Shown one piece after another: positions 50,552 to 64,000 of a stretch of DNA of 64,000 bases (the first letter of the stretch is position 1; the number at the start of each line of letters is the position of its first letter). This DNA is from Massalongia carnosa (lineage: Eukaryota). Where the stretch lies: positions 930,001 to 994,000 of the forward strand of contig OZ287071.1 in the NCBI GenBank assembly GCA_965645245.1. Reading direction: 5' to 3'. Both the position numbers and the translations under genes were made by a program. The notes under the pieces are model-generated. The model had not been told where the DNA came from, ran no database searches, and was given only the letters and a program-made list of their open reading frames with translations.

Positions 50552-53500
50552 AAGCCATCATTGATGATAGCTAACAAACAAGTCTGTACAGAGCATGCAG
50601 TCTCCAAAAGTTACGCTTGAACCAGTAGAAATATGGGATGCCAAAGGCTGATGATTAGGAAATCACACCCATAATAGTCACTGTAAACTGTCTGAGCTAG
50701 GAGTTACTGCTCTTACATACATCAGCTGAACATTAGCTTCCGCTACCTGAGTTGCACAGCCTCCCCCAAGAAACGTTTCGGAGCAACAACAGGCCGCGTA
50801 AGATAGAATTATGTTCATTCTGTCGTCTTGCCAAAGAAAATTCGTGCGTTTTAAGCGGTGTTTATGGCCACAACGGCTTTCGGGAGATAGCTGAAGCAAA
50901 TGCTCGACGTGGTGACGTGTTTAAAGCCAACTTGTTGAAATAGCCTTCAAATGCCCTCTGGGACATTCAAATACCCTATTTCATGCGTGCTCTGCATGTT
51001 CTTTGACAAAACCAAGTTGGAAGCTTCAGCCAGGCCCACCAACAGCTCTGATTCGTCTAGGTTCTACTTCTCGATCCGTTAACTCTAGCTGTTTATGGCA
51101 TCGATCCAGATTGCTATGTGACTATTGCTCAATTGCTTGTTCTGTTTCGTGCCCTATTATTGTACCGTGTCATTGACTTCTTGTTGGATCTATCGAGATA
51201 GTTGCGGTCCAGATCCCTTTGTCTGTTGCCGTTGCACCGACTATTCTACATCTGCTGACTTCGAAAGCTAGGTTAGAACAGCGCAGCTAGGTTGGTAAGA
51301 TATTGATGATAGCTGTAAATTTCAAGTATGTCTGCAAAAGCAAAGTGATAACTGGCCCGCTTTCTTGAAAGCCTTAAGAGTCCGCTTTGCGAATTTTTGG
51401 TGATGAATGAAGTTCAACTTTTCATTGTCGTGCTTGTTCGCCTATCTAAAACTTATCGAGGTAACGATCTCGTCATACTTGGCTATCATGTCCTTTTGAT
51501 CAGTTTTTGATTTCTTGCAATTCTGCTCTTATAGGTTCTTATAACATGTGCGAGGAAATGTAACCATAAGAAGCTAATTTTGCTTGGCATGGAAGGCTTT
51601 GCGAGCTTCCAAAGGCGACTGCAAAGTTACAGACATTAAGGATACGGCAGCTGGAAAGCATTATATCCCTAGATTAGTCGTCACCTTTGTTCTAAAACTT
51701 CAAGGAAGATTTGCTTCATATCGTTGCGTACTCTGTTACTCCCAAGATATTGTCGAGTTCAGGTCTCGAATGACATAGATTAAACTGAGCAAGAACTGTC
51801 CAAAGCCGCTGAAAGCATGTGGGCATTGCATTGTGCAGCTTTCAACCTAGCATCACAGAGGAACCTAGTGATGGGTCCGGCTCCAGGTTCAAAATGCTAA
51901 GTAGGTAATCTTCAATCTTTGTGGAGACAGCTTCTGAACAATATCGTAACGATCAAATGCTGTTATCAAAGTATTCTAACAAGTTGAAATTAAAGTGACG
52001 TTTTACTATTTGATTCGTTTTCTTCACTTCAATTGAATCAAATAAGACATACCATAACACGCTACTCATATCTTGCCACGAAACTGAGAAATCAATGCTT
52101 TTATTGTGAGGGATTTTCATTCTCGGCTAGAAGCACTCTTCAGGATACAGTAGCCTTTCAAGGCGGACTCGGTTAAATGATTGAGACGTATGTTGTTGGG
52201 CCTTAACTAACGAATGGCCAGACGGTCGTTGGGATTGGTCATGAGGATGGAGCATTACGTTTGCAAACCCTCCTAAGGGGTCTCAATTGCATCCTAAATC
52301 TACATACCGTTTCGAAAACGTCAATCCCCCGACGGGAAACGATATGACTTTGGCATCACACAAGCTCAAATTACAGCTTGGAGATGGAAGTCGGAATCTT
52401 GCAGCTTGATGGCCACGATGGTTGATCGCGAAACCAGAGAAACATGCTAGTGGGCTTGAAAACATGACCAACGCTAAACGTGTCTCATGGTATTTACCTC
52501 CGATCGGGGTCTCTTACTTATCACCCGCAGTAGTGGGAATTGCGTGCATAGAGACCCCGAAAAGCCTCGTCCAACGTCAAAAGCGGACAAAGTCTAATTG
52601 TTGCATAGGCGAAACACAGCAGCTTATTCGAAGCGGTTTTTTGGTGGGTAGTGGGATCACTCGGGATTTGAAGGGCCCAATTTTCACCTGATCCTGCAAA
52701 AAAGTTCTTTCTAAGCATAGGAGAGGAACCTATGACACCAAAGCCGGCAAGGAACTCGATTATTGACACTTGCTTAGATAGCGAGTTACGAAACAGGTAT
52801 CCTCCTAGAGTCAGCCAATTTTTGAGAGGCTCTTGACCAAATGGGACTACCAAAGAAATCCTCCGACATCGTGGCCCCATCTGTCAGATGACAGCCAGGC
52901 CAACACGATCATGCAAGCCGCAGATGCGGCGAGGCGAGGGGATCTTTTCGAAAAATTCTCCTAGGCCGTCGGCACCCTCATTTGAATCCGAATGCTATTG
53001 GTCCGAACTGAAAAGAAGCGAAACAGCAGATGCTGACCCACACATGCAACGACTTCCACGTGATAGGAAGGATTCATCCGTATCGTAAACGAGGCTAGCC
53101 ACGAATCGCACCATCGTTGGTGGATGCAGCTTCCTTGGTGGACTTCTTTTCAGCCGTGTAAGAAAGGTTTGCCACCCGTCTCACCAGAAGGCAATCAAGG
53201 TTGAGAAGCCAAGGCTTTTTCGACTCTTCCGGTGGCAGGACCAAAGGATGCAAACTCCCCATGACGAGTTCAGGTCGAAACGTCTTTATTTGACGTAATT
53301 AGCTAGAATATACCCTTCAAGTTAATTGATTTTTAGATAAAAGGAAACGAGTCAAAGTAGTGTATAGCTAATCATAGTAGGTAGAAGAGATACAGCCATT
53401 CGGTTAGCAGGGCTAGGCAACCAACACCCTTACTCAATCCGAATTCGTCTCGATCTCTGTACTCTCGACCCAGGATGAATCTATAGGATATTCGTCGATC

Positions 53501-53797
53501 CGTTCATATCATTTCCCCAGAAATCTTAAGTAATGTTAATGGAAAGCAGGCCTTGAAGGCCGCCGAAACCAGGAAAGGGCAATTAGCAGCGGACAGACAC
53601 ATGCAGAAGTTTTTCCACCAAATGAGATCAACATTGCCCTTCTCTTTCCCACTGCTTCATGAACATCTTCTCCATCCTCCCTAATACTCAATAAAGATTT
53701 TCACACCATTCTTTCCAGGCCTAAAGTTTCCATACCAATCAATTCTTTCCCCCAATCCACGCTCACCACACATCCTCCACGCATCACCCACACATCA

Positions 53798-54547
53798 CCC
53801 GCTCATATCCCTCACCAGGTAGACGGAGTTCCTTATCCCGCTACCAGCCAATCCAACCCTCTACTCCCTTTCTGGTAACGTTATGGCATCCGTGAGCTTG
53901 CGATGACGAAAGCAACCACGCTGAATACGGTATATTTGCGAATGGATGCGTGTAGAACAGATCTAGGGTTAGGAGGGTTTTATACGCACAAATATCGATG
54001 GGGGAGGGGTAGAGAGAGAACACGAGAGACTCGGTAGATGACTTCTATTGCCCCTCGGTCTCCTTCTCGTTCCTTTAGACTAATTTTTGTCGATGTAGGG
54101 AAGGGGAGATGGAGGGGGGTTATGGAGTGGGAGGTATGATTAAGGGAGAGAAGGACGACAACGGCTAAGTACGCAAGTAGGTATCTAGAGTAGCCATCAT
54201 CCATCATCCATCACCCATCACCCATCACTCACTCATCGAGTTGAAATGGAACGGAAAGGTCAATCTTTATGATGGAGAGGGGTTATTATTTTTTAAAGAA
54301 AAGATTGACGGATGCATTGAACTATACGATTAAGATTGAATGAAGGAGGATGGTTCTCTTTGAACCCAATTCATCTATGTATCCACCGATTTACCTATCC
54401 GCCTATCCATCCATCTATCCCACTCCCCCTCTCTCCCGCCCCCCTTTCGCCCCCCTTTCACCCGAAAGAGAACCTTGGCCGAGTCCTGCGATTTGGGTCC
54501 TTGCTTTGTTCGGTTCGGTTTGGTTGTGCCTCTGTACGAAATAGAGG
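53798..54547 (+). ncRNA. Candidate structured non-coding RNA (unidentified)
   Basis: Cluster of stem-loops whose mismatches are G-U on the + strand; no credible ORF. See findings. Confidence 0.25.
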
Positions 54548-57500
54548 GAGAGAAGGAAGGAAGGAAGAGAAAAAGGAAGAGCGGGAGTAGGTTTGGGAGG
54601 AAGAGGAAGAGAGGGCGGGGTGGAGAAGGAGAAAGGGGATTTAAAAAGGAAAGGCTATTGGAGGACTTTGAAGAACGAATGGAATCTTTTCTTTTCTTTT
54701 CTTTTTTCCTTGGAGAGGAAAAACGAACGAGAAGTTTAAGTTGTGTTTAGGCGGAGAAAGAGGGAGGGAGGATCTACGGGAATACCCATGAGATCAATTC
54801 TCTCGAATCCGAAAAGGAAATGAAATATTGTTGAAAATTGAAGCGGATTTATCAGAAGAAGGAAATTCCAAACGGAGTTTTTGTAATTCTTAGGCTGATG
54901 ATGGTGCTAATCATGAATGAATCCGATAAACTAGATCCGAACGTGACGTCGAAAATAGGTATGCATATTGTTGGCTTCTTGGCTCCGCAGCTTTTCCACG
55001 CGGGATTTCTCATGCGATTTGTTCGATTGGGTGAACAGCCTATCGTCGTTTTAGGAACCCCACGGTTTGTTCATTCGCTGCAATAATATGATGGATTTAT
55101 CAATAGCTGAGAAGCTAGATGGAGGAAGCATTGTCCGATGCGAGGGACGTTGGGATTTTGCAGGGCTGGTGTTTTCGAGAGGAGTATTCAATCGTCAAGA
55201 CTGGCTTTTTGAAAATGGGTTTGCCACCCTAAAGTCGAGGATTCCCTAGCTGTTACCCGCTTGATGCACATTTATGCACACAAGAAATGAGGTTTAAGCG
55301 AGTGGTGGTATACGCAAGAGTATTCGCATCTCGTGATGGTGTTGAGATGAGACGGGAAAGGAAGTTTTCATGGGATGACGTATGCATGAAGGCGAAAGGC
55401 GGAATAGGTGTATGCAGGGACTGCGGGTATCTTCATGCAGGGGAGCTTGAAACGATAGAGTTCTTAGAAGGACGATCTTTTGCTGAGGGTGCCCCAATAA
55501 GCGGGGATACGGTAGATGTATAATGATGGTGGCCTGGTGGATGACTTGTGATCGGATTTCTTGAGGGTGTGAAGGCGGGAGCTGATAAATGATTAAAATC
55601 CATGAAAGAGGATGGGAAGAGAGGCTGAGACTATGGGCGTGATGGTCTAGACTTATCCTTTCCTAGAGCTTCCGAGAGATTTTCATTCAGGCGGGTTGAG
55701 GGTATCGTAGCTATCGCTTCAAGGCGAATCTGGCTGCAACGACCAACGGGGGGGGGGTTGAGTTATGGGCATGTTCAGATAGGCGGAACAGGCTGCGGTT
55801 GGCAAAAGAGCAAATGGCGTTGATATGCGAACAATCCAACAATATGTGGAGCAGGTAACTAGCAGCTGAAAACCCCGAGTTCAGGTATAGCGATTGAGTA
55901 GGTATTGTTGGGGCTGACGCTTCTTCTCCCACTCGTTACGCTGGGCCAAACATGAGATCAGCCTATGGTGGTGACGAGGATGGTACATCCTGGGAAATCA
56001 CCGAATGCAGACTCTACTGCAGATCTGAGTTGCTGGGAGGGTGTGCTCGGGATATCGATGCATATATGAAAACTGACGAATGTGGATGGGATTACTATAT
56101 CTTTGGGCGGAGTGATGCGCGCGTCCCTCCATAGTAGATGCCGTCCCCCAGCCACGATTCATGCGGCGCAAGGGTATGATATCGATTTTCCTCTTCTCGA
56201 GGATTCACTCCAAAACTTGTCATTTTTATATAAATTTTATAGGCTTTAAAATGAAACAGTCAAAGGGGTATATATATTAAACCGAGCTATCTCAAGCCCG
56301 ATTTAGGCGGAGGTCCTATTGCAGCCATGGTCGCCGTGGAACCAAACCAAGGTATGGAAATAACAAAATGAATCTGCTTTACGGGGGGCAGGGAATGCTA
56401 GTAAATGCAGTAATTGAACATAAAAGAATTGCACGGAATCAAGTTCCTACGTTGGGGGCAAGCCCAAAATCTTGATAATGGTTTGGTGAACCAACTTCCC
56501 AAGGATGAGGATGCCTGCTGGCCAGTATCATAAGTCATCCTAGCCATTCGAACTCATGGCATCGCTGGAAAGATTACGAAACGAAAGGAATAATGATAAG
56601 GCAACCATTTGGCATACCATGATACTGTTGAAAATCCGAAGGCTAAAAATGTCGTTGGTAGAGGATGCCAACCTCTTAGTAAGCAATCTTTCTACCAAGG
56701 CAGATGCTTGATATGAGAATTTTCCACAGCATCTGAGCCGATTATTAGCGCTTTTGGCATGTATGTGAAAAGGGGTCATGATCGATAGCGAGGATCACCG
56801 CTGCGGTCCCGCTGTCAAAGCATTCTACCGCTTCACCTAGGTGGTCTACCGGACGCATGGGACAATCTCTAGATGTGATTCAAGTCATATCGCGTAATGC
56901 ACCCCATAGATCTCGTGTTTCGGATGCGGTGCTGTTAGGCTAGGAAGGCATGCCGGCAATGAGAAGTTCCAATGCACCTTACACGAACAGTAGGGTCGAT
57001 CTGTCCAAATCATAGCCCCCGATATGCGAACCCCGCAAACCCTGAAACGTGGGCCATCAATCTTTCAGCTCCCCGGGTCCCTTGAGAAGGTCAGTCGCGC
57101 AATGCGGTTAAGTGCATACGATCGGATTGAATCTGGTCCCCCTGCAGTCCCACTACCAATTAATGACGTGATAATACAATACTCACTCAGGTGGTTTCAA
57201 TGCAAGCTGCACATTTAAACATGTTCGGGAGAACATAGGAATGTGGGGTGCGGCGGGTGAATTGAGGGGTGAACTGGTTGGTGTATGTTCAGGCAGACCA
57301 AGTGCTTATACTCAAGATCTTAGCAGACTGAGAGTGTCCTGGATTGCCTTTCTACAAGGGTTGTTACTGCAAGGATTTTCTTGATGTGCCTGGACCTATT
57401 CCGCCGTATTTGCGCCAAGCCTAATTTGTGAGCATTGAAAGTAGCCCGTACCTTACAATACCTAGCCTTAGCGTAGCACGTGAATGAGTAACATTTTGTA

Positions 57501-60500
57501 CCCAGGGCTTGTTCGATGCATAGCACTCCCGAAACGTAGCATAAAGGGGTCATTCTCGCTTCGTTAGAGCGCTCAAAGTCACAAAGTCGAGTTGCTGAAA
57601 ACTGCCGTTTGTTCGGACTTGTCTCAACTGGGCTTCGAGCCCGAATGTAGAGGTTATTTTGACACCTATGTTGTGTTTCAAAGGGAACACTAGCTATGCA
57701 TCAGCGAGTATTGAAGAATAACTCGTAATCATACCTTGAAATGCTCTTCTTTCAGTGCACCTGCAGCCCTATATGGCTAGAATATGGAGGCAACGAGACT
57801 ACTCCGCTGGCAGATGACTTCCGAAGTTTACGGCTGACCAGAACTGGAGACATCCTTCCATGAGTATCGCCAAAGGATAGGACCCGGTCTTTCTATGGGG
57901 TCGACTGACATAATCCATTCTCTGGCTTTGATTCCAACTGCAAACATGAGAACTGGAACCTTCACCATGTTAGCATTGGGCGCGCCCTTTGAGGTTAGAG
58001 TTTCCTTCGGCTCATCATCTCATTAGCCTTGATTGGTGAGTAGAAGAGAGGTTTGGCGTGCATTTCGTCCTTGTCGGTTTGGAGCATAGGATATCTTGCC
58101 GCTGATAATTTCCCACACTTAACGGCTTGTCCTTACCCTTGCCAAATGTAGCGTACTATTGATTCATATGTCATGATACTGGGCAGAACTATTGAGTATA
58201 GTACTGATATGATGTCGTCCATCTCATCCGCTGCATCCAAACAACCTGCTGTGCTGGCGTTCTATTCTGATTGGCCTGTTTCCTGCTTCCAGGTTCTACC
58301 TGCTGTATTGACGTCCCAGATTCTCCGTGTGAAGTGGAAGGCCGACCTCGGCATCGCTTCCATTTACATTGTCCAGAGTAGCTAGGAGCTACACGTCGGG
58401 AACGCCTTGCTATGTGTCGGAAATTTTATTTGACGTGAGAGCTTTGAAAAAACTCCGAGTCTATTAGTAACCATTAAATTCGCCCTGTCCTTTGATTAAG
58501 AGTGATTACCTCTTTCATTCGAGCATTGTTTTGTTTCACAAAATAAAGACTTGATCCACGAGGATAGCCGAAAAATATAGTTCGGACTTTTTAGCAAGCC
58601 AATTCTACACTGAATGAAGCGCGGAACTTGTTAAGATTCTTTCTAATGCTCAAAAGGCTTCATACTGAATTGGGTGGCTTCCCACAGTAGTTACTCCAGA
58701 CCATAAATGAGCCTTGCCACGGAAGACAAAGGGGCGTCAAGTAAATAGCCGATGATCGGATCTGATATCCGAAAACGATTGAAAATAAGTGTCGTCATTG
58801 AGAAAGCAGCGCCAGTTATATTTGAAATGTCGGTGACATCGTAGTTTAGTCAAGCTTCGTTCCTCCACCGCCATGTTTTGCAATACGTAATTCGTAGACA
58901 GATTCGTTAAGTTTACCGCACATGCCATCCATTTCTTCCCTCCGGTCTTACACTTGGACGCTGTCTATACCGCTATTTGCCTTCATGGCAGAATGCGTAG
59001 TTACACAAGCAATCCTTCGGCTGCTAACAATGTTTCAAAAAAAAAAGGGGTTGACTGCGTGACCGCCGCTAGATATCAGATAAGATTAGAATCAAGATAG
59101 AGTTGATGGCTTACGGATTCGTACCCTCCCTTGATATGCCGCATGATCCTACTTAGGTTAAAGCTTTGAGCAATCCTTCTCAGTAAGACCAGGAGTCATG
59201 GAAGGAGTCGTGGAAGGAGTTGATGACCTAGCGGGTCAGCTGCTCGCTCTAGCTTCCATCTTTGAACGTTACAAGTCATTTGCGTAGTTATTTAATCCGG
59301 GTTAATGACCTGTAAGACTCAAGATGTCCCTCTCCTTTACAAACCCATAAATGTCCTCGTGCTCCTTTGACGAAGTTACAAAGACCATCCTATCAACCAC
59401 GTTGAGTTAACCGTAGCTTTTAGTCACCAAATGAAATTCCAGAAAGTAAGCTTGATTAGGGGCTTTCTTGGTCGCACGAGGCGAAAGTGAATATATTTAT
59501 CCCTATTCCTGGCGTCTGCGTCATCCTATCGAATCTCCTCCTACGAAAACCTCGATTTCCTTGGAATGAGCTCGTCTGTTCACACAAGCCAAAACGGAGC
59601 GCTGGGGAAAATCGAGAACAGTGTACAGTCTTAAAGACCTGTTGCTAAGCTGACAGATTTAAAGCCTTTCTGACCGGACCAAGGTCTGAGAGGCATCTTT
59701 CGTCTTTGAAGCCGGACAAGCCAACAAGGTAACAAAGAAACACCTTATCGCCACCATGAAGCGGGGTTTTTCGTTAGCTTAACCCCGTGCTAGAAGGTTT
59801 AGGTTTAATTCGTGAAGGCAGCGATTCCTTATCCTATTCGCGTGCTGCGGCAATTTGCACAACCTAAGGGTGGATTAAGGTTGAGTAGCCTTCGAAGAAG
59901 CTCCAAAGAAGATTTCGATAGTTCAAGGGCTAAACTTCAGCATGGTTATCCCTAGTATCCAACCGGTTTCAACGGTTGATCCATACATTTGGTAACATCG
60001 CGTGTTCTCGGTCAGTATTGATAGACTGGTTCAATGATACACGGTCCCAAGTGGTTCGGCACATATTATCGTATTCGAATCTCGGGAGCTTGAATCTCTT
60101 CTCGATTCTCAATAAAATAGTCCGGTGAATGATATGATTGATCCGAATCTCTGCTACGACTGGACCATAATGATCTTAAACAGGAGCAAGGATGCTCTTA
60201 TGAAATACCTCGTTAATTAATAACGTAAAAATAAAGAGTTCATAGATAGATAACTGTACAAGCGCGGCAATTTCACCAGGGTTCTTTTCTATCCAGGCTT
60301 GAGGCTTGAGACGAGCCACATCAATATTGCTACCCATGCAATGGCGGTAAGTAGAGAACTGAACTTGTCAGATGATAAACGGCTGAGATCCTGAGACTGA
60401 CAGAGTCCTTGCACTCGGGAGTTAGGACACTAGTTACCGGTTAGTGATGACTTCGATTTATGTTGTATCCTTCGTCACTAGTCCTACGTTATCACCAGCT

Positions 60501-63164
60501 AGCATTAATTACCAACCGATGAAGAGATTCCCCTCCAAAGTGGTCACGACGAAGCTACGCCAACTTAAAGCTTGATGAAATACTTCGTCAAGTACCTAGC
60601 TGGTTGTGCCGCCTCTTAAAAATCAGGGACTATCGTCTTTCGCGTCGGTATGCAGGCCTTGCAGCTGTGACCAATAATGTGTGTCGCAAAGCAAGAGATG
60701 GTGGGCGAAAATAGCGTGATATTATTTTGAACGGCTCGATAAGCTCATTATGAAACCTAGGCGCCGGGCCGATGATATGCAGAAATCAGAAAAGGGTAGG
60801 TCCCAGAGTGGAATGAAATGCGAAAACAGTCAGCCAAGGATTGGGCTATCGGGCTCGGCGGATTTGATCTCTATATACACATTCTGCGGCTATCACATGG
60901 TATTCTTGATAGAAAGCAAATTCAGAAACCCGAAGCTCTTGTGAAATGTGCCGGACGGGATGTTTGCTGAAATTGCAGGAATGGCCAGGGTTCACCTCAA
61001 CGGAGCCCTATGACACACTGCGAATAAGGTTATCTAATGAATGTGTAGACAATCAACTACTCGTTGCTCCTTACCGTTGAGGGGTCAACGATTTGTAGTC
61101 CCTTTGATATAGTTGGGTACTTGCTGCGACTTGGCTGTTGCTCTGGCTTCACAGTTGGTATAGTTGATTTAATACTGGTTTTCATGGTGTGTACTGAAAT
61201 GGGAAATTTCTACGTATTATATTGGTGCCACGTCTCAAGCCGTGTAATTTAATTTTCACCTTCAAGCTGCTGGCTGGTTTTCCGTCATCTGGGCTGTATA
61301 TGGCTAGAGAACACACTAGACGAAAAACAGATAAAGGAAATCAGATAACGACTTCTAGGTAGGCAAGGCGCGAGCGTTTCAACCAGTTCCTCTGAGAGAG
61401 TCCCAGGGTCCTTTAGTAGTCTTGTGTGTTAAATTTTAAGGTCATGACAACCACAGCAGACCCTGACAAGGCACCCGTTGAGGCTGACTTTAAGTTTTGG
61501 CGGTCCATGACGAGTATTGATGATAGCATGAAGTTACTGGAGCGTCCATAAACATTGGTCATATAGCTAAAGACTTCAAGCTGGCCCGACTTCGATGTTC
61601 TTCCTTCCTCAAACAAGTTAACGGCATTGCCGACACAGAGGCAGAGACAATGATGAAGTGGCGGAAAGCGGTAGAAGATCCTACTCCAAGTAAACAAGGC
61701 AAATGCGAATTAATTAGCGAGAAATACAGACTAAAAACTCCTCTTAGGGATAAATGCGCAAGTATGTGACGGGGTTGCAGGATGGCGTTCTTGCAGACCG
61801 ACATAAGACGGGATTGAGCAAGCGTAAAACGCGGGAGACGTTCTGATGACCCTGATTAGCAGCCAAAAAAAAGCTCAGATCCGGGCCTAGTCACGAGGCC
61901 TATTTGCCCAGGATCCGTCCAGAGTGGGACATGTGCATCATAAGGTAGGTCTGAGTCGTTATTTTGAACGTAAGCTGTAATTCACTTCTCATACTCGCAG
62001 CATAATTGCCCTGATGAGTATTGTTTGGAACATTCGTCTGCATATATTAGGACCTGTAACTCCCGACAACCGGGGACAGGCTGGAACAACACGTTACAAG
62101 GCGTCTCTCCTGATCATGCTATAAGCTGTGCTCTTGTCTGTGTGCATGAGTCAACAGTCAGCCATCCGGGGCCCAGAACTCAGGAAAGATGAAGCGTGTT
62201 TTGTGCAAGCCGATCTAGGTTTAATGAGTGCATGGGGAAGGTTTATTTTCGTTTGAGAGAAGGAATAACGTGTAAGTGAAGATCGGAAGACATACGAATG
62301 GACAAGGCTTGTACACACCCAAAAAGGACCCAAGAGCTTCTTTGGCTTGCGTATGCTTATATATCGAGGATATCTTCAGCCAAGGATACTTACCATAGTG
62401 GCGGATGAAACCCCATTTTGGAGTCAATTAACAGCAAAAAGCCATGTGTTCGTCTACAGATCGTTCCACGGGATGGGGTTACTCGGTCTGTACATATACA
62501 TACAGTGTGATAATAGTTCAAGACATTAGAACACGAAGCCGTTATAAAACGCTAACTAAAGCAAGGCCCTCCCTAGCGCGAAACAAACATTACCTAAATT
62601 ACCTAATCTGAAAAGAATCCAGCTAGCGTGCCGTTTTCAACGCCAGCTTTTGTCCTGCGACAGTATAATCCGCTAATGCATCGACGGTAGAAGAACATGG
62701 GTCTGGAGAACAAGCTACATTGATAGTCAATCAGGGATGGTGACAGGTTAGCTGGGCTGACGACCTTCCCTTTGGCCTAGCTTACTACGCTATGCCCTAC
62801 TTTGCTCAGAGATATTCATATAATACTGCAATGGCTTTCCCTCATTTCACGTCGGCACGATTCCATATTACTTGGTAATTGGGTAAATCTTACTTGGATC
62901 TCTCTCTCTATACTTCATTGGTTCTGCGTTGGGAAGAAAGCCATCTATCATTTCACTTCCCCTCCCGCTCTTCTCTAGAATCTTCTCCTTCAATATCATT
63001 GCCAGCTCTGCGCATCGCACAAGACGGACCATAGGTTGCCTTCTCTCTTGGATCCCACTCATCTCAACCAGAGGATAGAATGATAGGTTCACTATTCCAG
63101 TAGACCCACTCAATAAATTTCTTCGAATCCTTGCTTATCCCGTTTTCTCTGGACCGTTTTCAAT

Positions 63165-64000
63165 ATGAAAGCCACAAGCCAACAAACCCCCGAAAAGGGT
63201 GCTGGTAACACGACTGTAACTTCAGTCAAAGCCACCACCAAAACCATAACTACAGGTGGTCCCAAGTCTGGAAGGCGGAATGGTGCTGCAAATGGAGCCG
63301 GGTCTTCATCGGATCCTCCTCACGTATGCGGCATTTGCAACAAGTGTTTTGATAGAAGTAAGTCCACGCTGTTTGTAATCTTGATTTGATTTTCTTTGAG
63401 CCTTGTGGGTATATGGTGGAGGTGAAAAGTAAAAAATATAGCGCTGATATGCGAAGCCTGGCTTGATAATCGACTAATAAGGGTTTTCAGGAGACCTTCG
63501 AGACCGCCACAAGCGGCGATGTGCGAGATCAGCCACGAAAGTTAAAGTATCCAAACGAAAGTCTTGCCTTGCATGTGCCCAATCAAAACTGGGTTGCGAT
63601 CTAGATACACCAGCGTGTTCTCGTTGCGTTAGTCGAGGTACGAACTGCGAGTATGCGGTACCACCACCATCTGCCCTTTCATCCATTGGCGCATCGGGAG
63701 CGAAAACCGCATCGGCCAGAACCGTTTCTCAGTCCGCTATCCATGCCACTCATAGAGCTTCATCCTACGCCAAACACGGTCGTGGAGTGCCCTACCATGC
63801 CAACTGCCCGAGTCATCCGGTAGAGATGCCGTCCATACCACTCACATCCTCTTCAGCATCGGGATATCCAACCCCACCTTTCCAAGAAACTCTGATGCCT
63901 TGGTATGATAATTTTCAGGGTCATCAATCCTTCGACCTTTTTGGCTCCTTGACGTCACAGCCCTTCTTGCCTCACGTTCCCTCAACGCCTTCTTCGGCAC
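63165..64000 (+). CDS. C2H2 + Zn(II)2Cys6 transcription factor, 3' end outside window
   Basis: HVCGICNKCFDR|RDLRDRHKRRC and RKSCLACAQSKLGCDLDTPACSRCVSRGTNCEY. Intron ~63358-63490. Confidence 0.88.

Noticed and set aside
50648..50670. Hammerhead ribozyme core (CTGATGA...GAAA)
   Set aside because: No stem II and no flanking stems I/III.
53549..53592. SRP RNA helix 6/8-like motif (GGCCTTGAAGGCC...CAGG...AGCAG)
   Set aside because: The apical stem and tetraloop do not pair properly and no Alu-domain 5' motif was found; needs an Infernal search.
50678..63113. Short ORFs (60-120 aa) in the gene desert and antisense ORFs over real genes
   Set aside because: No recognisable motifs, many non-ATG starts and low complexity; consistent with chance or shadow frames.

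Overview
Filamentous ascomycete (Pezizomycotina) nuclear DNA with spliceosomal introns, in four parts. (1) 1-24.5 kb is a dense block of housekeeping genes: POL31, CYM1, taxilin-like, nitronate monooxygenase, Gts1-like ArfGAP, CobW GTPase, RAD28/CSA, Rrn10-like, a Cys-rich secreted protein, a RING protein and MND1. (2) 24988-39302 is a nested transposon island: a decayed ~2.3 kb hAT element carrying three later insertions, each bounded by a direct repeat. These are a 5.9 kb TIR element resembling AcademH (RecQ-like helicase remnant, DUF6589-like transposase, 2OG-Fe(II) dioxygenase cargo, repeated intergenic GC hairpins), a 5'-truncated Tad1-like LINE and a near full-length Tad1-like LINE. (3) 39.5-49.6 kb holds a Cys-rich membrane protein, serine dehydratase, RAM2, a GFA/CENP-V protein and palF/RIM8. 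(4) A ~13.5 kb ORF-poor interval, containing a candidate structured RNA near 53.8-54.5 kb, precedes a C2H2 + Zn2Cys6 transcription factor cut by the window end. Family names come from motifs recognised by eye; no searches were run.
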